From a virus, in the IMG/VR virus record IMGVR_UViG_3300034406_000036, positions 4,668 to 68,667 of that record: DNA of 64,000 nt. The stretch is one strand, 5' to 3'. Positions 47,081 to 56,954 of the stretch are shown here, one piece after another. The notes beneath the pieces are model-generated. The model ran no database searches, was not told the origin of the DNA, and worked only from the letters and a program-made list of their open reading frames with translations. Each line of letters opens with the position of its first letter. Position 1 is the stretch's first letter. The translations under genes were made by a program, and so were the position numbers.

Positions 47081-47764
47081 ATGTTGATTGGGGAGATGAA
47101 AAAAGTTCAGTTTAATAAAGAAGAAGGACTTCATGTTTATGTTCAACAAAATGAAAATGCCCAAAAGATGGCAAGGTTATTTGATATGGGGCAGGAGAAA
47201 ATGGCCAAGTTTGCTGAAGATTTTGGTATCGATGTTAGTGGTAAGGACGAGTTTTCTTTACCAGGGTTACATGTTCATATTAATAGATATTTACAAAAGA
47301 TGTTATTTGAAAAAGCAAAGACATATTTGAAACCAGGAGAGAAAGCACCAGAAGGAGTTACTGTTCAAACGGGGCCTCTTGGTGGTAGATTTTATATTCC
47401 ACCTTATCTAACGCCTGCGGAGAGAGGAAAGAGAGGTGGAATAGCCACTGCTAGTAAATATGGTAGAGAGCATATGCAAAAGATTGGCAAAAAAGGTTAT
47501 GCAGCAACTGTAGATAGAATTCATGACATGATGATAAATCCAGATAAGTATCCAGATTTGGATGACGATGATGTTATAAATATTGCGAGATTTTTAAAAT
47601 GGAGGTTGAGAACCGCAACAGATACATATAGAAATCAATTCCGAAGAGAATGGAGAAAAAGAATAAAAGAGCTTCCAGATGAAGCTCAACAACAATTCTC
47701 TCCAGAAAGAAAGAAAGTTTTCCAAGAAGTATCTGAAGCGTTATTTGGCAATGGTAAAGATTAA
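47081..47764 (+). CDS. putative internal head protein with KGG-like motif
   Basis: AKTYLKPGEKAPEG..GPLGGRFY; GKRGG..HMQKIGKKG. Confidence 0.55.
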   Translation: MLIGEMKKVQFNKEEGLHVYVQQNENAQKMARLFDMGQEKMAKFAEDFGIDVSGKDEFSLPGLHVHINRYLQKMLFEKAKTYLKPGEKAPEGVTVQTGPLGGRFYIPPYLTPAERGKRGGIATASKYGREHMQKIGKKGYAATVDRIHDMMINPDKYPDLDDDDVINIARFLKWRLRTATDTYRNQFRREWRKRIKELPDEAQQQFSPERKKVFQEVSEALFGNGKD

Positions 47765-49556
47765 TAAGAGTATTACCAAATTAATAGCACAACGGAATCG
47801 TGGGGATAAATTAAAGCCTGATGAGCTTGATTTGCTTGTAGATATTAATGAATATATAGATGCAGTTCTTGAGAATAAATCTTTGCAGAAACTTGACCCA
47901 CCAAATCATGTATTTAGTATAATTCCAACATCTTCAAATGAAATGAATCAAGGAACAGATATAAGGGTTGGTAAAGATGTGGATGCCAAGAGAAGACTAC
48001 CGCACATGCCATGGTTAAAACCAGTAAAGCAAGATAGAAATGCTGATTTAAGGGTAGGTTCTGAAATATTAGACCAACATGGAGATTTCTTCTTAGGAGA
48101 AACATATTCAACCGAAGACCAGTTACCAGAAGAATTAAAAACTGAAGTTGAAAGAATTGACCCAGAAGAAGTATCTGATTCAGATAAACATGTAAGAACT
48201 CCGATTTATACACAAGGAAGTCCTGGTGCTCCATTCTGGGAATCTGATGATTTGGAGAAAGGTGGAAAGGGCAGTGGTAGAAGTAAAAAGGAATGTCCAC
48301 CAGGATATCATCGGCATGAAGGAGCTGAATATTGCCATCCTGAAAACCAAAAACATCGAGAAGGAATGAAGATGCCAAAGTTGGGAGCCAAGACAGCTGA
48401 AGAAGATTCAGCGATGTATGGGCCTAGAGAGGAACCGTGGCATGAAGTTCTAGGGGTAAAGAGAATTGAATTGGGTGGAGATAATGAAAGATATCAACGT
48501 GGAAATATTATATATGATTTAATTGAACTCGCAGACGGAAGATGGATGGTTAGAACTGCAAATAAAAAGTTAGCATTTTCAAAAGACAGAGATGCGAGAA
48601 CTTATATTCAACAACAATTTGAAAATCATCTTCAAAAATCAAGAGTTAAAGATACTTGGGAAGGTGTCGAAAATAAGGATGCCGAAGAAAGAATGGGCAT
48701 CAAAAAATCATTGGATAAACTCCGAATTAAAAGATTTCTAAAAGGTTATGAAAAGCTTGCTTTGCAAGGTTTGAGTTTTAGTGATAAAGAACTTGAAAAG
48801 CTTCACAATCTGGTACCTGAATATCTAAGAAAAGATACTTCCGATAGATTGGCCAAAGTTCTAAATATTGACCGATATGCTCATATTCTTCACCAAGAAA
48901 GAATATATCCAATTCTTGATGAATTGGCAGCGAAGACAAAAGACATTGAAACAACTCGTGGGGATAGATTAATTTTACTTCAAGACCCAAGTGCTCAAGA
49001 AAAATTAGTTGAGTTACACGGTGGGATTGAAATATTATCAAAAGCTGAGTTGAGAAGAGACTTTGTGATTGCTGGGTATGCAAGTGTTGAGGTAATCGAT
49101 AAGGAAGGGCATAAGATTACAGTCGATGCTTTGAGAGAAGCGGTACCCCGATTTATGGCAAATCCACAATATAGAAACGTAAACGTATTTCATTCGGATG
49201 TACAAGTTGGAGTGGTACTTCCTTATTGGAAGAACCCAGAGAATGGTAAAGTACATAGAACAAGAGTTAATGATAAAGGATGGTTTGTAGTTTGTAAATT
49301 AAGGGATGACTTGGAGATTGCGGATAAGGTAAAGGATGAAATTATTAGAGGTAATATTAGGTCTTTTAGTATTGCTGGAAATGCACGAGATAAGCATTTA
49401 GTATATGAAGATGGTAAAAGTTTTTATAAGATTGATTTACTTGACCTTTACGAAGTTACCCTTTGTGAATCTCCTGTTAATCAAGAAAGTAGATTTGAAG
49501 TTCTTTATAAGATGCGGACAAACAAGAAATATAAGTTACCAAAAGTTAGGAGGTAA
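47751..49556 (+). CDS. prohead maturation protease (HK97-type C-terminal domain) with long N-terminal extension
   Basis: IAGYASVEVIDKEG, FHS, SFSIAG, LYEVTLCESPVN. Confidence 0.82.
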   Translation: MVKINKSITKLIAQRNRGDKLKPDELDLLVDINEYIDAVLENKSLQKLDPPNHVFSIIPTSSNEMNQGTDIRVGKDVDAKRRLPHMPWLKPVKQDRNADLRVGSEILDQHGDFFLGETYSTEDQLPEELKTEVERIDPEEVSDSDKHVRTPIYTQGSPGAPFWESDDLEKGGKGSGRSKKECPPGYHRHEGAEYCHPENQKHREGMKMPKLGAKTAEEDSAMYGPREEPWHEVLGVKRIELGGDNERYQRGNIIYDLIELADGRWMVRTANKKLAFSKDRDARTYIQQQFENHLQKSRVKDTWEGVENKDAEERMGIKKSLDKLRIKRFLKGYEKLALQGLSFSDKELEKLHNLVPEYLRKDTSDRLAKVLNIDRYAHILHQERIYPILDELAAKTKDIETTRGDRLILLQDPSAQEKLVELHGGIEILSKAELRRDFVIAGYASVEVIDKEGHKITVDALREAVPRFMANPQYRNVNVFHSDVQVGVVLPYWKNPENGKVHRTRVNDKGWFVVCKLRDDLEIADKVKDEIIRGNIRSFSIAGNARDKHLVYEDGKSFYKIDLLDLYEVTLCESPVNQESRFEVLYKMRTNKKYKLPKVRR

Positions 49557-49818
49557 TTATGTTGTCTAATGATGATGATTTACATGAAGTTAGATTTTTA
49601 GGATTTACTTATGATTCAAGCTTAAACACCGTAGTGCTCATGTTTGACACTGGTGCTATTGCTATGCCTTTAGAATTATTTAGAAATTTTATTTTTCAAG
49701 CTTACATATTTGATATGAATTTACAAAAATTATTAATACGAAAAGCACGAGAGGAGGAAGCAATTCAAAAAGAAACAGCTAGTGATGCTGAAAAGTTTTT
49801 AGAAAATAAACGGAAGTA

Positions 49819-51348
49819 ATGGACGTTATAACTCAAATTGACAGTTTCATAAAGGCAAGAATTTACGTAAAAGACCCTAATGCTATTCCCAAGGGAGCTA
49901 AACTTATCCATGGAAAGCATGGTGGTATGTATTATGAAACTAAGAAGAGAGGCCCAAAGAAAGAAAAACCAATAGCTCCAAACGCACCCCATTTTCCAGA
50001 TATGGATTGGCCTTGTGGTAGAGGGGATAGAGTTATAATGGATTGTGGTAATCTACCACCTTATTATGTTCGCGGTGTTGTAAAAGATTTTGTTGAAACA
50101 AAATGGCCAGATAAAGAAGGTAACGAAGTTATTGTACCAGCCCTTAAATTAAAAGAATGGGGCCCTTATGGGGAAGAATATACTATTCCAGCCCAATATT
50201 TTAAGGAAGTTGTGAAAAAGAAAGAACCTATAATGACCTTTAGTCTTCTTACTAATAAATTTGCTGAACGAACTGGGGCTTCTCCCGCATTGGTAAAATG
50301 GTATGCTAATGAATGCATTAAAAATAAACCGAATTCTTATCAAGCTTGGAATGCTTTTTATGGTTGTATGAAGGATGAAAAAAGAAAGCACGACCCCGAT
50401 ATTGATAAATATTCTAGAAGTCCTCGTGTTCCATATTATAATAGAGAATATAAGGCTTTTTTGGCGCAATATAAGCGAGCTCATCCAGATAGGTATCCAC
50501 GGAAGAAACATCGAAAACGAAGCCTTAACCCAATCCCAGAATTAGCAAATGTAAATCTTGGTACCTTTAAGAGGGTTCAAAAAGGATTAGATACTGATGT
50601 TTATGAAAATAAACATAATAAAATAAGGGTAACTGTAGATAAAAGAGAATTACAAGAAAAGATGCATTACTATAATATTCATCGAACCTTTCAAGTTTTA
50701 GATAAGTTTCCTGCTTATTCAGTATCTGGGTTGAATGTTAATATTCGGTCAAGAAGGTCTGCGAAGAAATTTTTTGGTAGAAGAGCAGGAAGAATTGCAG
50801 AATCAACCTTGGCAAATTATGACCATGGAACTATTAATATATTTCCAACTTGGAGAGATAGTCAGATTTCTCGTTCAAATGAAGGAATTAGATTTCCAAT
50901 GCACAGATATGATGAAATCTTGATTCACGAAGTTGGGCATCATATTTATCATAAATTGGGTTATGAATATCATAGTGCAGAAGAAGCCCAAAAGAAAGCT
51001 TCGCCGTTGGCTTTTTGGAGGGATATTCATGATAAGTATAAAAATACTTCTCCTACAAGCTATGCGCGACAGAATCTTGGTGAAGATTTTGCTGAATCCT
51101 TTGTGGCTTATTGTACCCAATCGAGAATTCAAGAAGCTCAATACCCAACACATGCAAGAAAGGGAAAATTATTTTTAGATAAACCTAGAAGAGATTTTTT
51201 TGATAAATATCTCGCTGAATTTAAAGGATGTCAAAAACAAAGTCAGGTAAAGGCTAGAACAACCGAAAGCGGAAAGCAAATGTTAGCACGAAAGAAACAA
51301 GCGAAAGAATATGAAATTAAGACAGGGAGAAAGGCACATTTTATTTAA
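49819..51348 (+). CDS. zincin metallopeptidase-domain protein, putative virion-delivered
   Basis: HEVGH; SYARQNLGEDFAESF; N-terminal IDSFIK-ARIYVK module. Confidence 0.7.
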   Translation: MDVITQIDSFIKARIYVKDPNAIPKGAKLIHGKHGGMYYETKKRGPKKEKPIAPNAPHFPDMDWPCGRGDRVIMDCGNLPPYYVRGVVKDFVETKWPDKEGNEVIVPALKLKEWGPYGEEYTIPAQYFKEVVKKKEPIMTFSLLTNKFAERTGASPALVKWYANECIKNKPNSYQAWNAFYGCMKDEKRKHDPDIDKYSRSPRVPYYNREYKAFLAQYKRAHPDRYPRKKHRKRSLNPIPELANVNLGTFKRVQKGLDTDVYENKHNKIRVTVDKRELQEKMHYYNIHRTFQVLDKFPAYSVSGLNVNIRSRRSAKKFFGRRAGRIAESTLANYDHGTINIFPTWRDSQISRSNEGIRFPMHRYDEILIHEVGHHIYHKLGYEYHSAEEAQKKASPLAFWRDIHDKYKNTSPTSYARQNLGEDFAESFVAYCTQSRIQEAQYPTHARKGKLFLDKPRRDFFDKYLAEFKGCQKQSQVKARTTESGKQMLARKKQAKEYEIKTGRKAHFI

Positions 51349-52098
51349 ATGAAAGATACATTACTTATTAAACAAATAGATGATTTCTTATGGAAGGCAT
51401 CTACCCAAACAAATATTAGAAAATTAAGAGATACTCAACGAAGTATTAGATTATCTATGCAAGATTATTTTAGTAAACAAAATACTTCATTTATGAGAGA
51501 TAATACTTGGAAAGGATTTCTTCCCAAAGGTAAAAGAATGAGATTATATACGTGGCAGGATGATTTTGCTAAAGCCCTTGAACCAAATTTAAGAAGGGTT
51601 ATGAAAGCAAGTGCAGATATGGTTCAAAATCAACTTCCTCAAGCTATTCCAACTATTGATTGGGATAGTATGGAAATGAAAGGATATGTAAGAGAATATG
51701 CCAGAAATCTTGCCAAGGAAATTAATAATACAACAAATATGAGAATAAGAAAGAGTTTACGAAAAGGATTGGCGGCTGGAGAAAATGAAACTCAATTAAA
51801 ACAAAGGGTTCATGATATTATGAAAAGTGCTTATGATTCAAGAGCAAATATTATTGCCCGAACTGAATTGAGAAAAGCACATACAGCTGCTGCTATTCAA
51901 ATGTACAGAAAAGCTGGATTAGATAAGAAAAGATGGTTAGCTAATTATACCGCATGTTCTACCTGTAAAGCCCTTGATGGTAGGTCTGTTTTATTAGACA
52001 CTGATTTCGCTCCAGATGTATTTGGGCCACCCCTACATCCAGCTTGCCGATGTGTTATTACTCCAGTCAAATATGTTGGCTGGGCTCATGGAGCTTAA
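51349..52098 (+). CDS. MuF / SPP1 gp7-like minor head protein
   Basis: RANIIARTE, KRW, CSTC..LDG, PPLHPACRC. Confidence 0.88.
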   Translation: MKDTLLIKQIDDFLWKASTQTNIRKLRDTQRSIRLSMQDYFSKQNTSFMRDNTWKGFLPKGKRMRLYTWQDDFAKALEPNLRRVMKASADMVQNQLPQAIPTIDWDSMEMKGYVREYARNLAKEINNTTNMRIRKSLRKGLAAGENETQLKQRVHDIMKSAYDSRANIIARTELRKAHTAAAIQMYRKAGLDKKRWLANYTACSTCKALDGRSVLLDTDFAPDVFGPPLHPACRCVITPVKYVGWAHGA

Positions 52099-52227
52099 TA
52101 TGGCAGTTCGCTGGTTATGCGCCAGATGCGGAAAGAAATGGAAGCCAGAGGGTAATCCACCAATTTGTTCCAAATGTAAAAAATTGTCTTATCCTTTCGT
52201 TAAAAAGCGAAGACGGATATATAAGTC

Positions 52228-52256
52228 TTGATTTTTAGGAAAAAGTGTAATATAAT
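52228..52256 (+). promoter_or_regulatory. sigma70-type promoter
   Basis: TTGATT-17nt-TATAAT. Confidence 0.7.
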
Positions 52257-52559
52257 AGAATCAGAGGACAAGATGATAAAGATTATAAATGTTATTAAAC
52301 AATCCTTGCGAGATGCCCGATTTGGTTATGGTTATGAGGCAATGTGGGGAAATGGAATATATGGGTGGTATATAAAACATTTCTGGGTACTGGATTGGAC
52401 ATTTCAGCAAATAGATTACGGAATCAGACGATTAATTTGCAAGGTTAAGGGTTGTAATATCGTTGATGAAAGTTATGGTACACCCGAAAGAGGTGCAATG
52501 GCAGGACATTGTGAGCGCTGTGGCTGGGGCTTTCATCATATATTATATTAGGAGGCAAA

Positions 52560-52931
52560 ATGTTTAAAGTAGAATGGGATAATCCCACAGAAGATTTTTT
52601 TAGAGCTACAATAAAGCCATTTAAAGGATATGGTGGGATTGAAGTATGGAAACGAAAAGGTGGAGACATCGAAATTTATTGGAAGACGATAGGCTTTGCA
52701 TCTCCGAAAATGGCAACCAGATTTGCAAAGGCGCTTGATTTCGCAACTCAACTTGCCGAAAGGGTAAAAGATAAACTTTATCGATATGAAATAAATTATA
52801 CCCATAATGGGGGAGAATTTGTTGATGATTGTATTGCAAATGACATTACCCAAGTCAGAGATTTAATCAGTTCAGAAATGGTTGAAGCGAAAGTAATAAG
52901 GTCTATTGTAAGAAAGGAAAGGGTTGCTTAG
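52560..52931 (+). CDS. hypothetical protein
   Basis: 123 aa, RBS AGGAGG. Confidence 0.6.
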   Translation: MFKVEWDNPTEDFFRATIKPFKGYGGIEVWKRKGGDIEIYWKTIGFASPKMATRFAKALDFATQLAERVKDKLYRYEINYTHNGGEFVDDCIANDITQVRDLISSEMVEAKVIRSIVRKERVA

Positions 52932-53427
52932 ATGGGGAAGTTCTTTAAATGGACTTTTGGACTAGGATTTATGTTTGTCGGTGGAGTAATGCTTCCTTTT
53001 AGTATTATCGCTGGCGGAATATTTATCCTAATCGGTGTTTTGATAGTAAAATGAGAAAATGGCGAAAAATTCATCTTGATGGTAAAGAGTGGAAATGGTT
53101 TGTAGGGGATTGGTATATTATAATTTATTCTCCTTGGGGTGAAAAAATTACCTTATCATTACCACAATTTACTGGATGGACACCCGATACAATTGAACGA
53201 GCTAAATGGAAAGAATATTTTAGTATCAAACCAAGTGATGTTCGAGATTATATTATGGAGAATTTAATATAATATGACAGAGTATAAATTTCAACGTCGA
53301 GCAAAAAAAGAGAATAGTAGAAAACGACAAATGCCCAAACATGGTAAGGGCATGATGGAAAAGCTAGTAGTAAATCCTACTAGCAAAAGGGACAGGGTGA
53401 GGGAGGCGCGTAGGAGGAAGAGACAAA

Positions 53428-53805
53428 ATGACGGACGAACTTCTTGACAGACTAGATGCCTTTCTAATAGGGAAAGGTACTACACCAAAACCGAAAAAAG
53501 CCAAGCAGGCTATTCAGAAGCAAGCTGAGCCCAAATGGCAGGATGTTGTTAAAAGTTCCATTACTGTTAGAACGAACGAAATGAGTGGATTGGAATTTGT
53601 TTGCATAACACCAGAGCAGTTCTATAAATTGGTTAAGGCATATTATCCCGAAGACCCTGAATATTTTCATAAAACACTGAATTTGGTGGCAAAAGCAACA
53701 GGGAACGAGATATTTAAAATTTCATTAGTAGATAACGATGGATTAACAATAGCGGAAAAGGATTTTAGAAATTTAATGGACGGTGCTCTTGGAAAAGGAG
53801 AGTAA
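53428..53805 (+). CDS. hypothetical protein with N-terminal LDAFLIGK motif
   Basis: 125 aa. Confidence 0.6.
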   Translation: MTDELLDRLDAFLIGKGTTPKPKKAKQAIQKQAEPKWQDVVKSSITVRTNEMSGLEFVCITPEQFYKLVKAYYPEDPEYFHKTLNLVAKATGNEIFKISLVDNDGLTIAEKDFRNLMDGALGKGE

Positions 53806-53807
53806 AT

Positions 53808-53914
53808 GCGGGTGGTGCGTACAGAATAAAGGTTGGTGATTGCCGCACCAAATCCTTCAATTGCTCAGATGGTTTTAGGGGTATAACTTACATATCTCGC
53901 CACCACCCGCACCA
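53808..53914 (+). ncRNA. Candidate 107-nt ncRNA with GC-rich terminal helix and 3' ACCA
   Basis: GCGGGTGGTG/CACCACCCGC + ACCA; internal TTGGTG/CACCAA; no D/T cloverleaf. Confidence 0.65.
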
Positions 53915-53930
53915 ATAAGAAAGGATTAGA

Positions 53931-54575
53931 ATGTTAAAGAAAATTATTTCAGGAGGACAAACAGGAGCAGACCAAGGTGGATTAGTTGCTGGCCTTGCGA
54001 TGGGTTTGCTTACTGGTGGAACAGCTCCACCAAGATTTATAACTGAAGTTGGGCCAAGTCCTGATTTACTAAAATATTTTGGGCTTAAAGAAGGAATACC
54101 TGATTCTTCAACATATGTTAAAAGAACAATTCAAAATGTTTATGATAGCAACGGAACAGCGTGGTTTGGAGATGTAGCAACTCCTGGTGGGAAATTAACG
54201 ATTAATACTGCAAAAAGATTAGGAAGACCCATATGTATAAATGCATCAGCGAAAGAATTAGCTAAATGGATTAAAGATAATGATATTGAAGTTTTGAATG
54301 TAGCTGGAAATCGAGAATCTAAAAATGAAGGAATTGGAAACGTTACTTGTGAATTACTTATGAAAGCTGGTGGGTTGCTACATCTCATTGAATGCCCGCA
54401 TTATAAAAATAATGGAAACGAAAGAACTGATATTCCAATTTGTGTTTTGACAGATAAGAGTTGTTTACTTCAATTTAATTCTGGTTGTGATGCCTATGAG
54501 GCGGCAGTAAATGATTTGATAGAAGAATGGGTTAATGGAGAAGCAGCTGACATTGAACTTTTATTTGAATTGTGA
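53931..54575 (+). CDS. SLOG-superfamily protein (putative molybdenum-carrier-like)
   Basis: KIISGGQTGADQGGL, RT..NV.DS.GT, LNVAGNRES. Confidence 0.8.
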   Translation: MLKKIISGGQTGADQGGLVAGLAMGLLTGGTAPPRFITEVGPSPDLLKYFGLKEGIPDSSTYVKRTIQNVYDSNGTAWFGDVATPGGKLTINTAKRLGRPICINASAKELAKWIKDNDIEVLNVAGNRESKNEGIGNVTCELLMKAGGLLHLIECPHYKNNGNERTDIPICVLTDKSCLLQFNSGCDAYEAAVNDLIEEWVNGEAADIELLFEL

Positions 54576-54581
54576 AAAAGT

Positions 54582-54610
54582 TTGACTTTTTAAAAAAAGT
54601 GTGATATAAT
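54582..54610 (+). promoter_or_regulatory. sigma70-type promoter, extended -10
   Basis: TTGACT-17nt-TATAAT with TGn. Confidence 0.78.
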
Positions 54611-54741
54611 AAATAATAGGAAGAAATAATGACATATTGTCCAGATTGTAAATTTTTCGATTATGATTGTCATCCAGACCCAGAGAATTATCATTATGGA
54701 TGCCATCGTTTTGAATACTGGGAAGAAGATGAAGAAGATGA

Positions 54742-54817
54742 GCGGGGGTAACTCAATTGGTAGAGTGCCTGCCTTCCAAGCAGAGAGTTGAGAGTTCGAG
54801 CCTCTTTCCCCGCTCCA
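54742..54817 (+). tRNA. tRNA-Gly(UCC)
   Basis: CTGC-CT-TCC-AA-GCAG; TCCA. Confidence 0.93.
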
Positions 54818-54822
54818 AATAA

Positions 54823-54897
54823 GGCGAGATGACGGAATTAGGCATACGTATGCGTCTCAAAAACGTAGTTTTGAGGGTTCGAATCCCTCTCTCGCTA
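54823..54897 (+). tRNA. tRNA-Leu(CAA), short variable loop, CCA not encoded
   Basis: TGCGT-CT-CAA-AA-ACGTA. Confidence 0.9.
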
Positions 54898-55026
54898 CAG
54901 AGGTTTAACAATGTATATAACTTGTAATCATTGTAATCATAGAGGACATATAAGTACGTTTGACCGAGTAGGAATAAAAACGTTTGTATGCCCAAATTGT
55001 GGTGGAAAGGTAATAGTGCAAATTTA

Positions 55027-55518
55027 ATGCGACAAGAAGAGAAAAGAGTCATTGCGACGGTAAACCGAAGAGCTTGGGATAGAATGCTTCGGCTTTCTGG
55101 AGAATTGGATTTAAACAAGGGTGGGTATTATGATGGTCGTTCTGGTTGCATTAACTTATGGTGTGGCCCAGAAGATAAACCCGAAAGCTGGAAAGATATT
55201 GATATAACAAAAGGAGCATTGAATTTTCCTAGGTCATATATCGGTTGTATTGATGCCGAATTCATAAATGATGATACTATTGAAATTCAGGTTAGTGTAA
55301 TACCGTATGAACGAGCGGAAGAAGAAGTAGCACAGCATTATTATGGGATGACTAGAATCGAAGCAATATTAGCTAAAAAGCATATTTTGTTTAACGGAAG
55401 AAAAGAAGAATTTATGACTCCATTACCAGATGAATGGGAATGGGTTGAAAATAAAGCCCGTGAATTGGTTGCTAAATGCAATTATATAATGGAAGGCGGA
55501 AAATTAAATAAAGGATAG
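55027..55518 (+). CDS. hypothetical protein
   Basis: About 163 aa; stop codon overlaps the tRNA-Ser 5' end. Confidence 0.55.
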   Translation: MRQEEKRVIATVNRRAWDRMLRLSGELDLNKGGYYDGRSGCINLWCGPEDKPESWKDIDITKGALNFPRSYIGCIDAEFINDDTIEIQVSVIPYERAEEEVAQHYYGMTRIEAILAKKHILFNGRKEEFMTPLPDEWEWVENKARELVAKCNYIMEGGKLNKG

Positions 55519-55600
55519 TTGGCCGAGAGGTTTATGGCGCTGGTTTGCTAAACCAGTACACCGAAAGGTGTCACAGGTTCGAATCCTGTACTATCCGCCA
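55513..55600 (+). tRNA. tRNA-Ser(GCU)
   Basis: CTGGT-TT-GCT-AA-ACCAG; long variable arm ACACC-GAAA-GGTGT; GCCA. Confidence 0.96.
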
Positions 55601-55604
55601 AAAA

Positions 55605-55679
55605 GGCTCGGTGGTGCAAAGGTTAGCATACCATCCTGTCAAGGTGGAGATGCGAGTTCGATTCTCGTCCGAGCCGCCA
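55605..55679 (+). tRNA. tRNA-Asp(GUC)
   Basis: CCATC-CT-GTC-AA-GGTGG; GCCA. Confidence 0.95.
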
Positions 55680-55927
55680 TAAATAAAAGGAGATTTATAT
55701 ATGAGCGCGGAATTATGCCCAGTTTGTTGTGGTACAGGTAAGTATGGAAGCAAGGAATGTCATGGATGTAATGGAAAGGGTTGGGTGGAAACAACAGATA
55801 TTTATTCACCAAGAAAACCATTGGTAGAACCTCATATTACAATTACATGGCAGGGACAGGCAGAAACTTTAACAGACGATGATATAGTTAGTCTTGTTGA
55901 AGGTATATATAGTTATATGAATAAGAG

Positions 55928-56308
55928 GTGAATGAATCTGTGGATGATGTTGTAGGTCAGATTGATGGTTATATAAAGAAACAAATAAGAACTGGTTTAG
56001 TACCTAAAAAGGTACAAGTTACCCGAAAAGATGGTACAACTTATATGCAAACAAGGTGGATGAGGCCAACTGAATTGTCAATGGAGAATGCTATTAATAT
56101 TTCTTATAAACCTGAATTGTTAGCTTCAAAATTGAAAAAACTGGATAAGAAAGCTTTAATTCATTTGAAAGTTAAATTAAGTTCTGAGCTATATGAAGCA
56201 AGACATCCAATTAGAGGAAAGGTAAATCCAAAGACTGTTGATATAGTTTTACGAACTTATGATAAAGTAAATGAGGAATGTTCCCGAAGGGGTTACGTAT
56301 TTCATTAA
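55928..56308 (+). CDS. putative virion-associated protein
   Basis: IDGYIK then GLVPKKVQVTRKDGTTYMQTRW. Confidence 0.55.
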   Translation: MNESVDDVVGQIDGYIKKQIRTGLVPKKVQVTRKDGTTYMQTRWMRPTELSMENAINISYKPELLASKLKKLDKKALIHLKVKLSSELYEARHPIRGKVNPKTVDIVLRTYDKVNEECSRRGYVFH

Positions 56309-56310
56309 AA

Positions 56311-56387
56311 CGCGGGGTGGACTGGAAAGGTGCCAGCGCTGTCTCATAAGCAGTACGATGCGGGTTCGAATCCCGCCTCCGCTACCA
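56311..56387 (+). tRNA. tRNA-Met(CAU), initiator-like acceptor
   Basis: GCTGT-CT-CAT-AA-GCAGT; C1/U72 mismatch; ACCA. Confidence 0.88.
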
Positions 56388-56954
56388 AGAAATTAAATTA
56401 GTTTATATATATTCGTTGAAGGAAAGAAAGGAGATTGATGAAAAGAATAACAGCAAAGTACAAAGACGACAGTAATAACATAATTCGCTTGGGCGAAGAA
56501 ATAACTATCTTAAATGGAGGGCCTGCTGGTGTTATCAGTGTATGTATTGACGGGAGCCTCTATTTTTATCCCGCAACAAATCCTGCAAATCCTTTGTTAG
56601 AAGTTGTGGTTGAAGATTATACAGAGGAAGATAAGAATAGGGATTTGTTTATTGACACCCTGAAGGAAGGTACTCGTTATGGGTAGTTATATCCTTGAAT
56701 ACAAACAACCTTATGAAATAGATGAGGATAGTCCGTCTGGTATAGGTGACCATTCAATTAAGTATAAGGTTTGTAAAACGGAACCTTTTATTGCGGATGA
56801 TGATAAAGCCGCCATTGATAAAGTTCTAGAATTTTTACATCAAGGAAGTGTTTTCTTCAATCATTACTTGGATGGTGATGGTAAGATTTATAAAAGAGAA
56901 CCTATTAAATTAATAAAAATAATTGAACTCCAAACGGAGTGAAAGGAGGTTTGA

